A stretch of 64,000 bases of DNA from Paragordius varius (taxonomy: Eukaryota; Animalia; Nematomorpha), in the NCBI GenBank assembly GCA_964247055.1, contig OZ176054.1, positions 930,001 through 994,000 of the forward strand, given 5' to 3'. Each line of letters opens with the position of its first letter. Positions within the stretch are counted from its first letter, which is position 1. The notes beneath the pieces are model-generated. The model searched no databases, had not been told where the DNA came from, and worked only from the letters and a program-made list of their open reading frames with translations. A program made the translations under genes and the position numbers. Positions 25,065 to 39,100 of this stretch are shown one piece after another.

Positions 25065-28000
25065 ACTTTAAAAATTAATGTATAGAACTAGTCGCGTTAA
25101 ACTTTGTCCTAAAAATTCGTATATTGATCACCGGTGAACAAAATTATTTTTTATACATTCTCTTAGTAAGACTACAACAAAATATAGAGATAGTTTGACA
25201 AACTCTTTCATATCCGATTTTTACAACGATACTTTAAAAATTCATGTATAAAACTAGTCGCATCAATACTCAAGTTAAACTTTGTCCTTAAAAATCGGAT
25301 ATTGGTCGCCGGTGAACAAAACTATTTTTTATACATTCTCTTAGTAAGACTACATCAAAATATAGAGATAGTTTGACAAACTCTTTCATATCCGACAATG
25401 TATAAAACTAGTCGCGTTAAACTTTGTCCTAAAAATTGGGATATTGATTACCGGTGAACAAAATTATTTTTTATACATTCTCTTAGTAAGACTACAATAA
25501 AGTATAGAGATAGTTTGACAAACTCTTTCATATCCGATTTTTACAACGATACTTTAAATTAATGTATAAAACTAGTCGCATCAATACTCAAGTTAATCTT
25601 TGTCCTTAAAAATCGGATATTGGTCACCGGTGAACAAAATTATTTTTTATACATTCTCTTATTAAGACTACATCAAAATATAGAGATAGTTTGACAAACT
25701 CTTTCATATCCGATTTTTACAACGATACTTTAAAAATTAATGTATAGAACTAGTCGCGTTAAACTTTGTCCTAAAAATTCGTATATTGATCACCGGTGAA
25801 CAAAATTATTTTTTATACATTCTCTTAGTAAGACTACAATAAAGTATAGAGATAGTTTGACAAACTCTTTCATCCGATTTTTACAACGATACTTTAAAAA
25901 TTAATGTATAAAACTAGTCGCATCAATACTCAAGTTAAACTTTGTCCTTAAAAATCGGATATTGGTCACCGGTGAACAAAACTATTTTTTATACATTCTC
26001 TTAGTAAGACTACATCAAAATATAGAGATAGTTTATCAAACTCTTTCATATCCGATTTTTACAACGATACTTTAAAAATTAATGTATAGAACTAGTCGCG
26101 TTAAACTTTGTCCTAAAAATTCGGATATTGATCACCGGTGAACAAAATTATTTTTTATACATTCTCTTAGTAAGACTACAACAAAATATAGAGATAGTTG
26201 AACAAACTCTTTCATATCCGATTTTTACAACGATACTTTAAAAATTAATGTATAAAACTAGTCGCATCAATACTCAAGTTAAACTTTGTCCTTAAAAATC
26301 GGATATTGGTCACCGGTGAACAAAATTATTTTTTATACATTCTCTTATTATGACTACATCAAAATATAGATATAGTTTGACAAACTCTTTCATATCCGAT
26401 TTTTACAACGATACTTTAAAAATTAATGTATAAAACTAGTCGCGTTAAACTTTGTCCTAAAAATTCGGATATTGATCACCGGTGAACAAAATTATTTTTT
26501 ATACATTCTCTTAGTAAGACTACAACAAAATATAGAGATAGTTGAACAAACTCTTTCATATCCGATTTTTACAACGATACTTTAAAAATTAATGTATAAA
26601 ACTAGTCGCATCAATACTCAAGTTAAACTTTGTCCTTAAAAATCGGATATTGGTCACCGGTGAACAAAATTATTTTTTATACATTCTCTTATTATGACTA
26701 CATCAAAATATAGATATAGTTTGACAAACTCTTTCATATCCGATTTTTACAACGATACTTTTAAAATTAATATATTAAACTAGTCGCATCAATACTCAAG
26801 TTAAACTTTGTCCTTAAAAATCGGATATTGGTCACCGGTGAACAAAACTATTTTTTATACATTCTCTTAGTAAGACTACATCAATATATAGAGATAGTTT
26901 GACAAACTCTTTCATATCCGATTTTTACAACGATACTTTAAAAATTAATGTATAGAACTAGTCGCGTTAAACTTTGTCCTAAAAATTCGTATATTGATCA
27001 CCGGTGAACAAAATTATTTTTTATACATTCTCTTAGTAAGACTACAACAAAATATAGAGATAGTTTGACAAACTCTTTCATATCCGATTTTTACAACGAT
27101 ACTTTAAAAATTCATGTATAAAACTAGTCGCATCAATACTCAAGTTAAACTTTGTCCTTAAAAATCGGATATTGGTCGCCGGTGAACAAAACTATTTTTT
27201 ATACATTCTCTTAGTAAGACTACATCAAAATATAGAGATAGTTTGACAAACTCTTTCATATCCGACAATGTATAAAACTAGTCGCGTTAAACTTTGTCCT
27301 AAAAATTGGGATATTGATTACCGGTGAACAAAATTATTTTTTATACATTCTCTTAGTAAGACTACAATAAAGTATAGAGATAGTTTGACAAACTCTTTCA
27401 TATCCGATTTTTACAACGATACTTTAAATTAATGTATAAAACTAGTCGCATCAATACTCAAGTTAATCTTTGTCCTTAAAAATCGGATATTGGTCACCGG
27501 TGAACAAAATTATTTTTTATACATTCTCTTATTAAGACTACATCAAAATATAGAGATAGTTTGACAAACTCTTTCATATCCGATTTTTACAACGATACTT
27601 TAAAAATTAATGTATAGAACTAGTCGCGTTAAACTTTGTCCTAAAAATTCGTATATTGATCACCGGTGAACAAAATTATTTTTTATACATTCTCTTAGTA
27701 AGACTACAATAAAGTATAGAGATAGTTTGACAAACTCTTTCATCCGATTTTTACAACGATACTTTAAAAATTAATGTATAAAACTAGTCGCATCAATACT
27801 CAAGTTAAACTTTGTCCTTAAAAATCGGATATTGGTCACCGGTGAACAAAACTATTTTTTATACATTCTCTTAGTAAGACTACATCAAAATATAGAGATA
27901 GTTTATCAAACTCTTTCATATCCGATTTTTACAACGATACTTTAAAAATTAATGTATAGAACTAGTCGCGTTAAACTTTGTCCTAAAAATTCGGATATTG

Positions 28001-29800
28001 ATCACCGGTGAACAAAATTATTTTTTATACATTCTCTTAGTAAGACTACAACAAAATATAGAGATAGTTGAACAAACTCTTTCATATCCGATTTTTACAA
28101 CGATACTTTAAAAATTAATGTATAAAACTAGTCGCATCAATACTCAAGTTAAACTTTGTCCTTAAAAATCGGATATTGGTCACCGGTGAACAAAACTATT
28201 TTTTATACATTCTCTTAGTAAGACTACATCAAAATATAGAGATAGTTTATCAAACTCTTTCATATCCGATTTTTACAACGATACTTTAAAAATTAATGTA
28301 TAGAACTAGTCGCGTTAAACTTTGTCCTAAAAATTCGGATATTGATCACCGGTGAACAAAATTATTTTTTATACATTCTCTTAGTAAGACTACAACAAAA
28401 TATAGAGATAGTTGAACAAACTCTTTCATATCCGATTTTTACAACGATACTTTAAAAATTAATGTATATAACTAGTCGCATCAATACTCAAGTTAAACTT
28501 TGTCCTTAAAAATCGGATATTGGTCACCGGTGAACAAAACTATTTTTTATACATTCTCTTAGTAAGACTACATCAAAATATAGAGATAGTTTATCAAACT
28601 CTTTCATATCCGATTTTTACAACGATACTTTAAAAATTAATGTATAGAACTAGTCGCGTTAAACTTTGTCCTAAAAATTCGGATATTGATCACCGGTGAA
28701 CAAAATTATTTTTTATACATTCTCTTAGTAAGACTACAACAAAATATAGAGATAGTTGAACAAACTCTTTCATATCCGATTTTTACAACGATACTTTAAA
28801 AATTAATGTATAAAACTAGTCGCATCAATACTCAAGTTAAACTTTGTCCTTAAAAATCGGATATTGGTCACCGGTGAACAAAACTATTTTTTATACATTC
28901 TCTTAGTAAGACTACATCAATATATAGAGATAGTTTGACAAACTCTTTCATATCCGATTTTTACAACGATACTTTAAAAATTAATGTATAGAACTAGTCG
29001 CGTTAAACTTTGTCCTAAAAATTCGTATATTGATCACCGGTGAACAAAATTATTTTTTATACATTCTCTTAGTAAGACTACAACAAAATATAGAGATAGT
29101 TTGACAAACTCTTTCATATCCGATTTTTACAACGATACTTTAAAAATTCATGTATAAAACTAGTCGCATCAATACTCAAGTTAAACTTTGTCCTTAAAAA
29201 TCGGATATTGGTCGCCGGTGAACAAAACTATTTTTTATACATTCTCTTAGTAAGACTACATCAAAATATAGAGATAGTTTGACAAACTCTTTCATATCCG
29301 ACAATGTATAAAACTAGTCGCGTTAAACTTTGTCCTAAAAATTGGGATATTGATTACCGGTGAACAAAATTATTTTTTATACATTCTCTTAGTAAGACTA
29401 CAATAAAGTATAGAGATAGTTTGACAAACTCTTTCATATCCGATTTTTACAACGATACTTTAAATTAATGTATAAAACTAGTCGCATCAATACTCAAGTT
29501 AATCTTTGTCCTTAAAAATCGGATATTGGTCACCGGTGAACAAAATTATTTTTTATACATTCTCTTATTAAGACTACATCAAAATATAGAGATAGTTTGA
29601 CAAACTCTTTCATATCCGATTTTTACAACGATACTTTAAAAATTAATGTATAGAACTAGTCGCGTTAAACTTTGTCCTAAAAATTCGTATATTGATCACC
29701 GGTGAACAAAATTATTTTTTATACATTCTCTTAGTAAGACTACAATAAAGTATAGAGATAGTTTGACAAACTCTTTCATATCCGATTTTTACAATGATAC
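25065..29800. repeat. 11/12-monomer HOR marked by a 24-bp deletion (periods 1870 and 2036 bp)
   Basis: The junction TCCGA|CAATG occurs at 25391, 27261 and 29297 and was not seen elsewhere. Confidence 0.88.
27762..28793. repeat. 344-bp L+S dimer, 3 tandem copies, nested in the 24-bp-deletion HOR
   Basis: GTTTATCAAAC at 27901, 28245, 28589 (exact 344 spacing), each followed by an S monomer with GTTGAACAAAC. Confidence 0.92.
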
Positions 29801-29977
29801 TTTAAAAATTAATGTATAAAACTAGTCGCATCAATACTCAAGTTAAACTTTGTCCTTAAAAATCGGATATTGGTCGCCGGTGAACAAAACTATTTTTTAT
29901 ACATTCTCTTAGTAAGACTACATCAAAATATAGAGATAGTTTGACAAACTCTTTCATATCCGATTTTTACAACGATA

Positions 29978-32900
29978 CTTTAAAAATTAATGTATAAAAC
30001 TAGTCGCGTTAAACTTTGTCCTAAAAATTCGGATATTGATCACCGGTGAACAAAATTATTTTTTATACATTCTCTTAGTAAGACTACAACAAAATATAGA
30101 GATAGTTGAACAAACTCTTTCATATCCGATTTTTACAACGATACTTTAAAAATTAATGTATAAAACTAGTCGCATCAATACTCAAGTTAAACTTTGTCCT
30201 TAAAAATCGGATATTGGTCACCGGTGAACAAAATTATTTTTTATACATTCTCTTATTATGACTACATCAAAATATAGATATAGTTTGACAAACTCTTTCA
30301 TATCCGATTTTTACAACGATACTTTTAAAATTAATATATTAAACTAGTCGCATCAATACTCTTAAACTTTGTCCTTAAAAATCGGATATTGGTCGCCGGT
30401 GAACAAAACTATTTTTTATACGTTCTCTTAGTAAGACTACATCAAAATATAGAGATAGTTTGACAAACTCTTTCATATCCGATTTTTACAACGATATTTT
30501 AAAAATTAATGTATAAAACTAGTCGCATCAATACTCAAGTTTTTGTCCTTAAAAATCGGATATTGGTCACCGGTGAACAAAATTATTTTTACAACATTCT
30601 CTTAGTAGGACTACATCAAAATATAGAGATAGTTTGACAAACTCTTTCATATCCGATTTTTACAACGATACTTTAAAAAATGTATAAAACTAGTCGCATC
30701 AATACTCAAGTAAAACTTTGTCCTTAAAAATCGGATATTGGTTGCCGGTAAAGAAAATTATTTTTTATCATTCTATTAGTAGACTACATCATAATATAGA
30801 GATAGTTTGACAAACTCTTTCATATCCGATTTTTACAACGATACTTTAAAAATTAATGTATAAAACTAGTCGCATCAATACTCAAGTTAAATTTTGTCCT
30901 TAAAAATCGGATATTGGTCACCGGTGAACAAAATTATTTTTTATACATTCTCTTATTAAGACTACATCAAAATATAGAGATAGTTTGACAAACTCTTTCA
31001 TATCCGATTTTTACAACGATACTTTAAAAATTAATATATTAAACTAGTCGCATCAATACTCAAGTTAAACTTTGTCCTTAAAAATCGGATATTGGTCACC
31101 GGTGAACAAAACTAATTTTTATACATTCTCTTAGTAAGACTACATCAAAATATAGAGATAGTTTGACAAATTCTTTCATATCCAATTTTTACAACGATAC
31201 TTTAAAAATTAATGTATAGAACTAGTCGCGTTAAACTTTGTCCTAAAAATTCGTATATTGATCACCGGTGAACAAAATTATTTTTTATACATTCTCTTAG
31301 TAAGACTACAACAAAATATAGAGATAGTTTGACAAACTCTTTCATATCCGATTTTTACAACGATACTTTAAAAATTAATGTATAAAACTAGTCCCATCAA
31401 TACTCAAGTTAAACTTTGTCCTTAAAAATCGGATATTGGTCACCGGTGAACAAAATTATTTTTTATACATTCTCTTATTATGACTACATCAAAATATAGA
31501 TATAGTTTGACAAACTCTTTCATATCCGATTTTTACAACGATACTTTTAAAATTAATATATTAAACTAGTCGCATCAATACTCTTAAACTTTGTCCTTAA
31601 AAATCGGATATTGGTCGCCGGTGAACAAAACTATTTTTTATACATTCTCTTAGTAAGACTACATCAAAATATAGAGATAGTTTGAGAAACTCTTTCATAT
31701 CCGATTTTTACAACCATACTTTAAAAATTAATGTATAGAACTAGTCGCGTTAAACTTTGTCCTTAAAAATCGGATATTGGTCGCCGGTGAACAAAACTAT
31801 TTTTTATACATTCTCTTAGTAAGACTACATCAAAATATAGAGATAGTTTGACAAACTCTTTCATATCCGATTTTTACAACGATACTTTAAAAATTAATGT
31901 ATAAAACTAGTCGCGTTAAACTTTGTCCTAAAAATTCGGATATTGATCACCGGTGAACAAAATTATTTTTTATACATTCTCTTAGTAAGACTACAACAAA
32001 ATATAGAGATAGTTGAACAAACTCTTTCATATCCGATTTTTACAACGATACTTTAAAAATTAATGTATAAAACTAGTCGCATCAATACTCAAGTTAAACT
32101 TTGTCCTTAAAAATCGGATATTGGTCACCGGTGAACAAAATTATTTTTTATACATTCTCTTATTATGACTACATCAAAATATAGATATAGTTTGACAAAC
32201 TCTTTCATATCCGATTTTTACAACGATACTTTTAAAATTAATATATTAAACTAGTCGCATCAATACTCTTAAACTTTGTCCTTAAAAATCGGATATTGGT
32301 CGCCGGTGAACAAAACTATTTTTTATACGTTCTCTTAGTAAGACTACATCAAAATATAGAGATAGTTTGACAAACTCTTTCATATCCGATTTTTACAACG
32401 ATATTTTAAAAATTAATGTATAAAACTAGTCGCATCAATACTCAAGTTTTTGTCCTTAAAAATCGGATATTGGTCACCGGTGAACAAAATTATTTTTACA
32501 ACATTCTCTTAGTAGGACTACATCAAAATATAGAGATAGTTTGACAAACTCTTTCATATCCGATTTTTACAACGATACTTTAAAAAATGTATAAAACTAG
32601 TCGCATCAATACTCAAGTAAAACTTTGTCCTTAAAAATCGGATATTGGTTGCCGGTAAAGAAAATTATTTTTTATCATTCTATTAGTAGACTACATCATA
32701 ATATAGAGATAGTTTGACAAACTCTTTCATATCCGATTTTTACAACGATACTTTAAAAATTAATGTATAAAACTAGTCGCATCAATACTCAAGTTAAATT
32801 TTGTCCTTAAAAATCGGATATTGGTCACCGGTGAACAAAATTATTTTTTATACATTCTCTTATTAAGACTACATCAAAATATAGAGATAGTTTGACAAAC

Positions 32901-35900
32901 TCTTTCATATCCGATTTTTACAACGATACTTTAAAAATTAATATATTAAACTAGTCGCATCAATACTCAAGTTAAACTTTGTCCTTAAAAATCGGATATT
33001 GGTCACCGGTGAACAAAACTAATTTTTATACATTCTCTTAGTAAGACTACATCAAAATATAGAGATAGTTTGACAAATTCTTTCATATCCAATTTTTACA
33101 ACGATACTTTAAAAATTAATGTATAGAACTAGTCGCGTTAAACTTTGTCCTAAAAATTCGTATATTGATCACCGGTGAACAAAATTATTTTTTATACATT
33201 CTCTTAGTAAGACTACAACAAAATATAGAGATAGTTTGACAAACTCTTTCATATCCGATTTTTACAACGATACTTTAAAAATTAATGTATAAAACTAGTC
33301 CCATCAATACTCAAGTTTAACTTTGTCCTTAAAAATCGGATATTGATCACCGGTGAACAAAATTATTTTTTATACATTCTCTTAGTAAGACTACAACAAA
33401 ATATAGAGATAGTTTGACAAACTCTTTCATATCCGATTTTTACAACGATACTTTAAAAATTAATGTATAAAACTAGTCGCATCAATACTCAAGTTAAACT
33501 TTGTCCTTAAAAATCGGATATTGGTGGCCGGTGAACAAAACTATTTTTTATACATTCTCTTAGTAAGACTACATCAAAATATAGAGATAGTTTGACAAAC
33601 TCTTTCATATCCGATTTTTACAACGATACTTTAAAAATTAATGTATAAAACTAGTCGCGTTAAACTTTGTCCTAAAAAATCGGATAATGATCACCGGTGA
33701 ACAAAATTATTTTTTATACATTCTCTTAGTAAGACTACAACAAAATATAGAGATAGTTGAACAAACTCTTTCATATCCGATTTTTACAACGATACTTTAA
33801 AAATTAATGTATAAAACTAGTCGCATCAATACTCAAGTTAAACTTTGTCCTTAAAAATCGGATATTGGTCACCGGTGAACAAAATTATTTTTTATACATT
33901 CTCTTATTATGACTACATCAAAATATAGATATAGTTTGACAAACTCTTTCATATCCGATTTTTACAACGATACTTTTAAAATTAATATATTAAACTAGTC
34001 GCATCAATACTCTTAAACTTTGTCCTTAAAAATCGGATATTGGTCGCCGGTGAACAAAACTATTTTTTATACGTTCTCTTAGTAAGACTACATCAAAATA
34101 TAGAGATAGTTTGACAAACTCTTTCATATCCGATTTTTACAACGATATTTTAAAAATTAATGTATAAAACTAGTCGCATCAATACTCAAGTTTTTGTCCT
34201 TAAAAATCGGATATTGGTCACCGGTGAACAAAATTATTTTAACAACATTCTCTTAGTAGGACTACATCAAAATATAGAGATAGTTTGACAAACTCTTTCA
34301 TATCCGATTTTTACAACGATACTTTAAAAAATGTATAAAACTAGTCGCATCAATACTCAAGTAAAACTTTGTCCTTAAAAATCGGATATTGGTTGCCGGT
34401 AAAGAAAATTATTTTTTATCATTCTATTAGTAGACTACATCATAATATAGAGATAGTTTGACAAACTCTTTCATATCCAATTTTTACAACGATACTTTAA
34501 AAATTAATGTATAAAACTAGTCGCATCAATACTCAAGTTAAATTTTGTCCTTAAAAATCGGATATTGGTCACCGGTGAACAAAATTATTTTTTATACATT
34601 CTCTTATTAAGACTACATCAAAATATAGAGATAGTTTGACAAACTCTTTCATATCCGATTTTTACAACGATACTTTAAAAATTAATATATTAAACTAGTC
34701 GCATCAATACTCAAGTTAAACTTTGTCCTTAAAAATCGGATATTGGTCACCGGTGAACAAAACTAATTTTTATACATTCTCTTAGTAAGACTACATCAAA
34801 ATATAGAGATAGTTTGACAAATTCTTTCATATACAATTTTTACAACGATACTTTAAAAATTAATGTATAGAACTAGTCGCGTTAAACTTTGTCCTAAAAA
34901 TTCGTATATTGATCACCGGTGAACAAAATTATTTTTTATACATTCTCTTAGTAAGACTACAACAAAATATAGAGATAGTTTGACAAACTCTTTCATATCC
35001 GATTTTTACAACGATACTTTAAAAATTAATGTATAAAACTAGTCCCATCAATACTCAAGTTTAACTTTGTCCTTAAAAATCGGATATTGATCACCGGTGA
35101 ACAAAATTATTTTTTATACATTCTCTTAGTAAGACTACAACAAAATATAGAGATAGTTTGACAAACTCTTTCATATCCGATTTTTACAACGATACTTTAA
35201 AAATTAATGTATAAAACTAGTCGCATCAATACTCAAGTTAAACTTTGTCCTTAAAAATCGGATATTGGTCGCCGGTGAACAAAACTATTTTTTATACATT
35301 CTCTTAGTAAGACTACATCAAAATATAGAGATAGTTTGACAAACTCTTTCATATCCGATTTTTACAACGATACTTTAAAAATTAATGTATAAAACTAGTC
35401 GCGTTAAACTTTGTCCTAAAAATTCGGATATTGATCACCGGTGAACAAAATTATTTTTTATACATTCTCTTAGTAAGACTACAACAAAATATAGAGATAG
35501 TTGAACAAACTCTTTCATATCCGATTTTTACAACGATACTTTAAAAATTAATGTATAAAACTAGTCGCATCAATACTCAAGTTAAACTTTGTCCTTAAAA
35601 ATCGGATATTGGTCACCGGTGAACAAAATTATTTTTTATACATTCTCTTATTATGACTACATCAAAATATAGATATAGTTTGACAAACTCTTTCATATCC
35701 GATTTTTACAACGATACTTTTAAAATTAATATATTAAACTAGTCGCATCAATACTCTTAAACTTTGTCCTTAAAAATCGGATATTGGTCGCCGGTGAACA
35801 AAACTATTTTTTATACGTTCTCTTAGTAAGACTACATCAAAATATAGAGATAGTTTGACAAACTCTTTTATATCCGATTTTTACAACGATATTTTAAAAA

Positions 35901-36130
35901 TTAATGTATAAAACTAGTCGCATCAATACTCAAGTTTTTGTCCTTAAAAATCGGATATTGGTCACCGGTGAACAAAATTATTTTTACAACATTCTCTTAG
36001 TAGGACTACATCAAAATATAGAGATAGTTTGACAAACTCTTTCATATCCGATTTTTACAACGATACTTTAAAAAATGTATAAAACTAGTCGCATCAATAC
36101 TCAAGAAAACTTTGTCCTTAAAAATCGGAT
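29978..36130. repeat. 10-monomer HOR, 1744 bp (preceded by a 1907-bp 11-mer variant; last copy truncated)
   Basis: S-monomer starts at 29978, 31885, 33629, 35373; the TATG of TTATTATGAC at 32164, 33908, 35652; GGTTGCCGGTAAAG at 30740, 32647, 34391. Confidence 0.9.
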
Positions 36131-39100
36131 ATTGATCACCGGTGAACAAAATTATTTTTTATACATTCTCTTAGTAAGACTACAACAAAATATAGAGATA
36201 GTTTGACAAACTCTTTCATATCCGATTTTTACAACGATACTTTAAAAATTAATGTATAAAACTAGTCGCATCAATACTCAAGTTAAACTTTGTCCTTAAA
36301 AATCGGATATTGGTCGCCGGTGAACAAAACTATTTTTTATACATTCTCTTAGTAAGACTACATCAAAATATAGAGATAGTTTGACAAACTCTTTCATATA
36401 CGATTTTTACAACGATACTTTAAAAATTAATGTATAAAACTAGTCGCGTTAAACTTTGTCCTAAAAATTCGGATATTGATCACCGGTGAACAAAATTATT
36501 TTTTATACATTCTCTTAGTAAGACTACAACAAAATATAGAGATAGTTGAACAAACTCTTTCATATCCGATTTTTACAACGATACTTTAAAAATTAATGTA
36601 TAAAACTAGTCGCATCAATACTCAAGTTAAACTTTGTCCTTAAAAATCGGATATTGGTCACCGGTGAACAAAATTATTTTTTATACATTCTCTTATTATG
36701 ACTACATCAAAATATAGATATAGTTTGACAAACTCTTTCATATCCGATTTTTACAACGATACTTTTAAAATTAATATATTAAACTAGTCGCATCAATACT
36801 CTTAAACTTTGTCCTTAAAAATCGGATATTGGTCGCCGGTGAACAAAACTATTTTTTATACGTTCTCTTAGTAAGACTACATCAAAATATAGAGATAGTT
36901 TGACAAACTCTTTCATATCCGATTTTTACAACGATATTTTAAAAATTAATGTATAAAACTAGTCGCATCAATACTCAAGTTTTTGTCCTTAAAAATCGGA
37001 TATTGGTCACCGGTGAACAAAATTATTTTTACAACATTCTCTTAGTAGGACTACATCAAAATATAGAGATAGTTTGACAAACTCTTTCATATCCGATTTT
37101 TACAACGATACTTTAAAAAATGTATAAAACTAGTCGCATCAATACTCAAGTAAAACTTTGTCCTTAAAAATCGGATATTGGTTGCCGGTAAAGAAAATTA
37201 TTTTTTATCATTCTATTAGTAGACTACATCATAATATAGAGATAGTTTGACAAACTCTTTCATATCCGATTTTTACAACGATACTTTAAAAATTAATGTA
37301 TAAAACTAGTCGCATCAATACTCAAGTTAAATTTTGTCCTTAAAAATCGGATATTGGTCACCGGTGAACAAAATTATTTTTTATACATTCTCTTATTAAG
37401 ACTACATCAAAATATAGAGATAGTTTGACAAACTCTTTCATATCCGATTTTTACAACGATACTTTAAAAATTAATATATTAAACAAGTCGCATCAATACT
37501 CAAGTTAAACTTTGTCCTTAAAAATCGGATATTGGTCGCCGGTGAACAAAACTATTTTTTATACATTCTCTTAGTAAGACTACATCAAAATATAGAGATA
37601 GTTTGACAAACTCTTTCATATACGATTTTTACAACGATACTTTAAAAATTAATGTATAAAACTAGTCGCGTTAAACTTTGTCCTAAAAATTCGGATATTG
37701 ATCACCGGTGAACAAAATTATTTTTTATACATTCTCTTAGTAAGACTACAACAAAATATAGAGATAGTTGAACAAACTCTTTCATATCCGATTTTTACAA
37801 CGATACTTTAAAAATTAATGTATAAAACTAGTCGCATCAATACTCAAGTTAAACTTTGTCCTTAAAAATCGGATATTGGTCACCGGTGAACAAAATTATT
37901 TTTTATACATTCTCTTATTATGACTACATCAAAATATAGATATAGTTTGACAAACTCTTTCATATCCGATTTTTACAACGATACTTTTAAAATTAATATA
38001 TTAAACTAGTCGCATCAATACTCTTAAACTTTGTCCTTAAAAATCGGATATTGGTCGCCGGTGAACAAAACTATTTTTTATACGTTCTCTTAGTAAGACT
38101 ACATCAAAATATAGAGATAGTTTGACAAACTCTTTCATATCCGATTTTTACAACGATATTTTAAAAATTAATGTATAAAACTAGTCGCATCAATACTCAA
38201 GTTTTTGTCCTTAAAAATCGGATATTGGTCACCGGTGAACAAAATTATTTTTACAACATTCTCTTAGTAGGACTACATCAAAATATAGAGATAGTTTGAC
38301 AAACTCTTTCATATCCGATTTTTACAACGATACTTTAAAAAATGTATAAAACTAGTCGCATCAATACTCAAGTAAAACTTTGTCCTTAAAAATCGGATAT
38401 TGGTTGCCGGTAAAGAAAATTATTTTTTATCATTCTATTAGTAGACTACATCATAATATAGAGATAGTTTGACAAACTCTTTCATATCCGATTTTTACAA
38501 CGATACTTTAAAAATTAATGTATAAAACTAGTCGCATCAATACTCAAGTTAAATTTTGTCCTTAAAAATCGGATATTGGTCACCGGTGAACAAAATTATT
38601 TTTTATACATTCTCTTATTAAGACTACATCAAAATATAGAGATAGTTTGACAAACTCTTTCATATCCGATTTTTACAACGATACTTTAAAAATTAATATA
38701 TTAAACAAGTCGCATCAATACTCAAGTTAAACTTTGTCCTTAAAAATCGGATATTGGTCACCGGTGAACAAAACTAATTTTTATACATTCTCTTAGTAAG
38801 ACTACATCAAAATATAGAGATAGTTTGACAAATTCTTTCATATCCAATTTTTACAACGATACTTTAAAAATTAATGTATAGAACTAGTCGCGTTAAACTT
38901 TGTCCTAAAAATTCGTATATTGATCACCGGTGAACAAAATTATTTTTTATACATTCTCTTAGTAAGACTACAACAAAATATAGAGATAGTTTGACAAACT
39001 CTTTCATATCCGATTTTTACAACGATACTTTAAAAATTAATGTATAAAACTAGTCCCATCAATACTCAAGTTTAACTTTGTCCTTAAAAATCGGATATTG

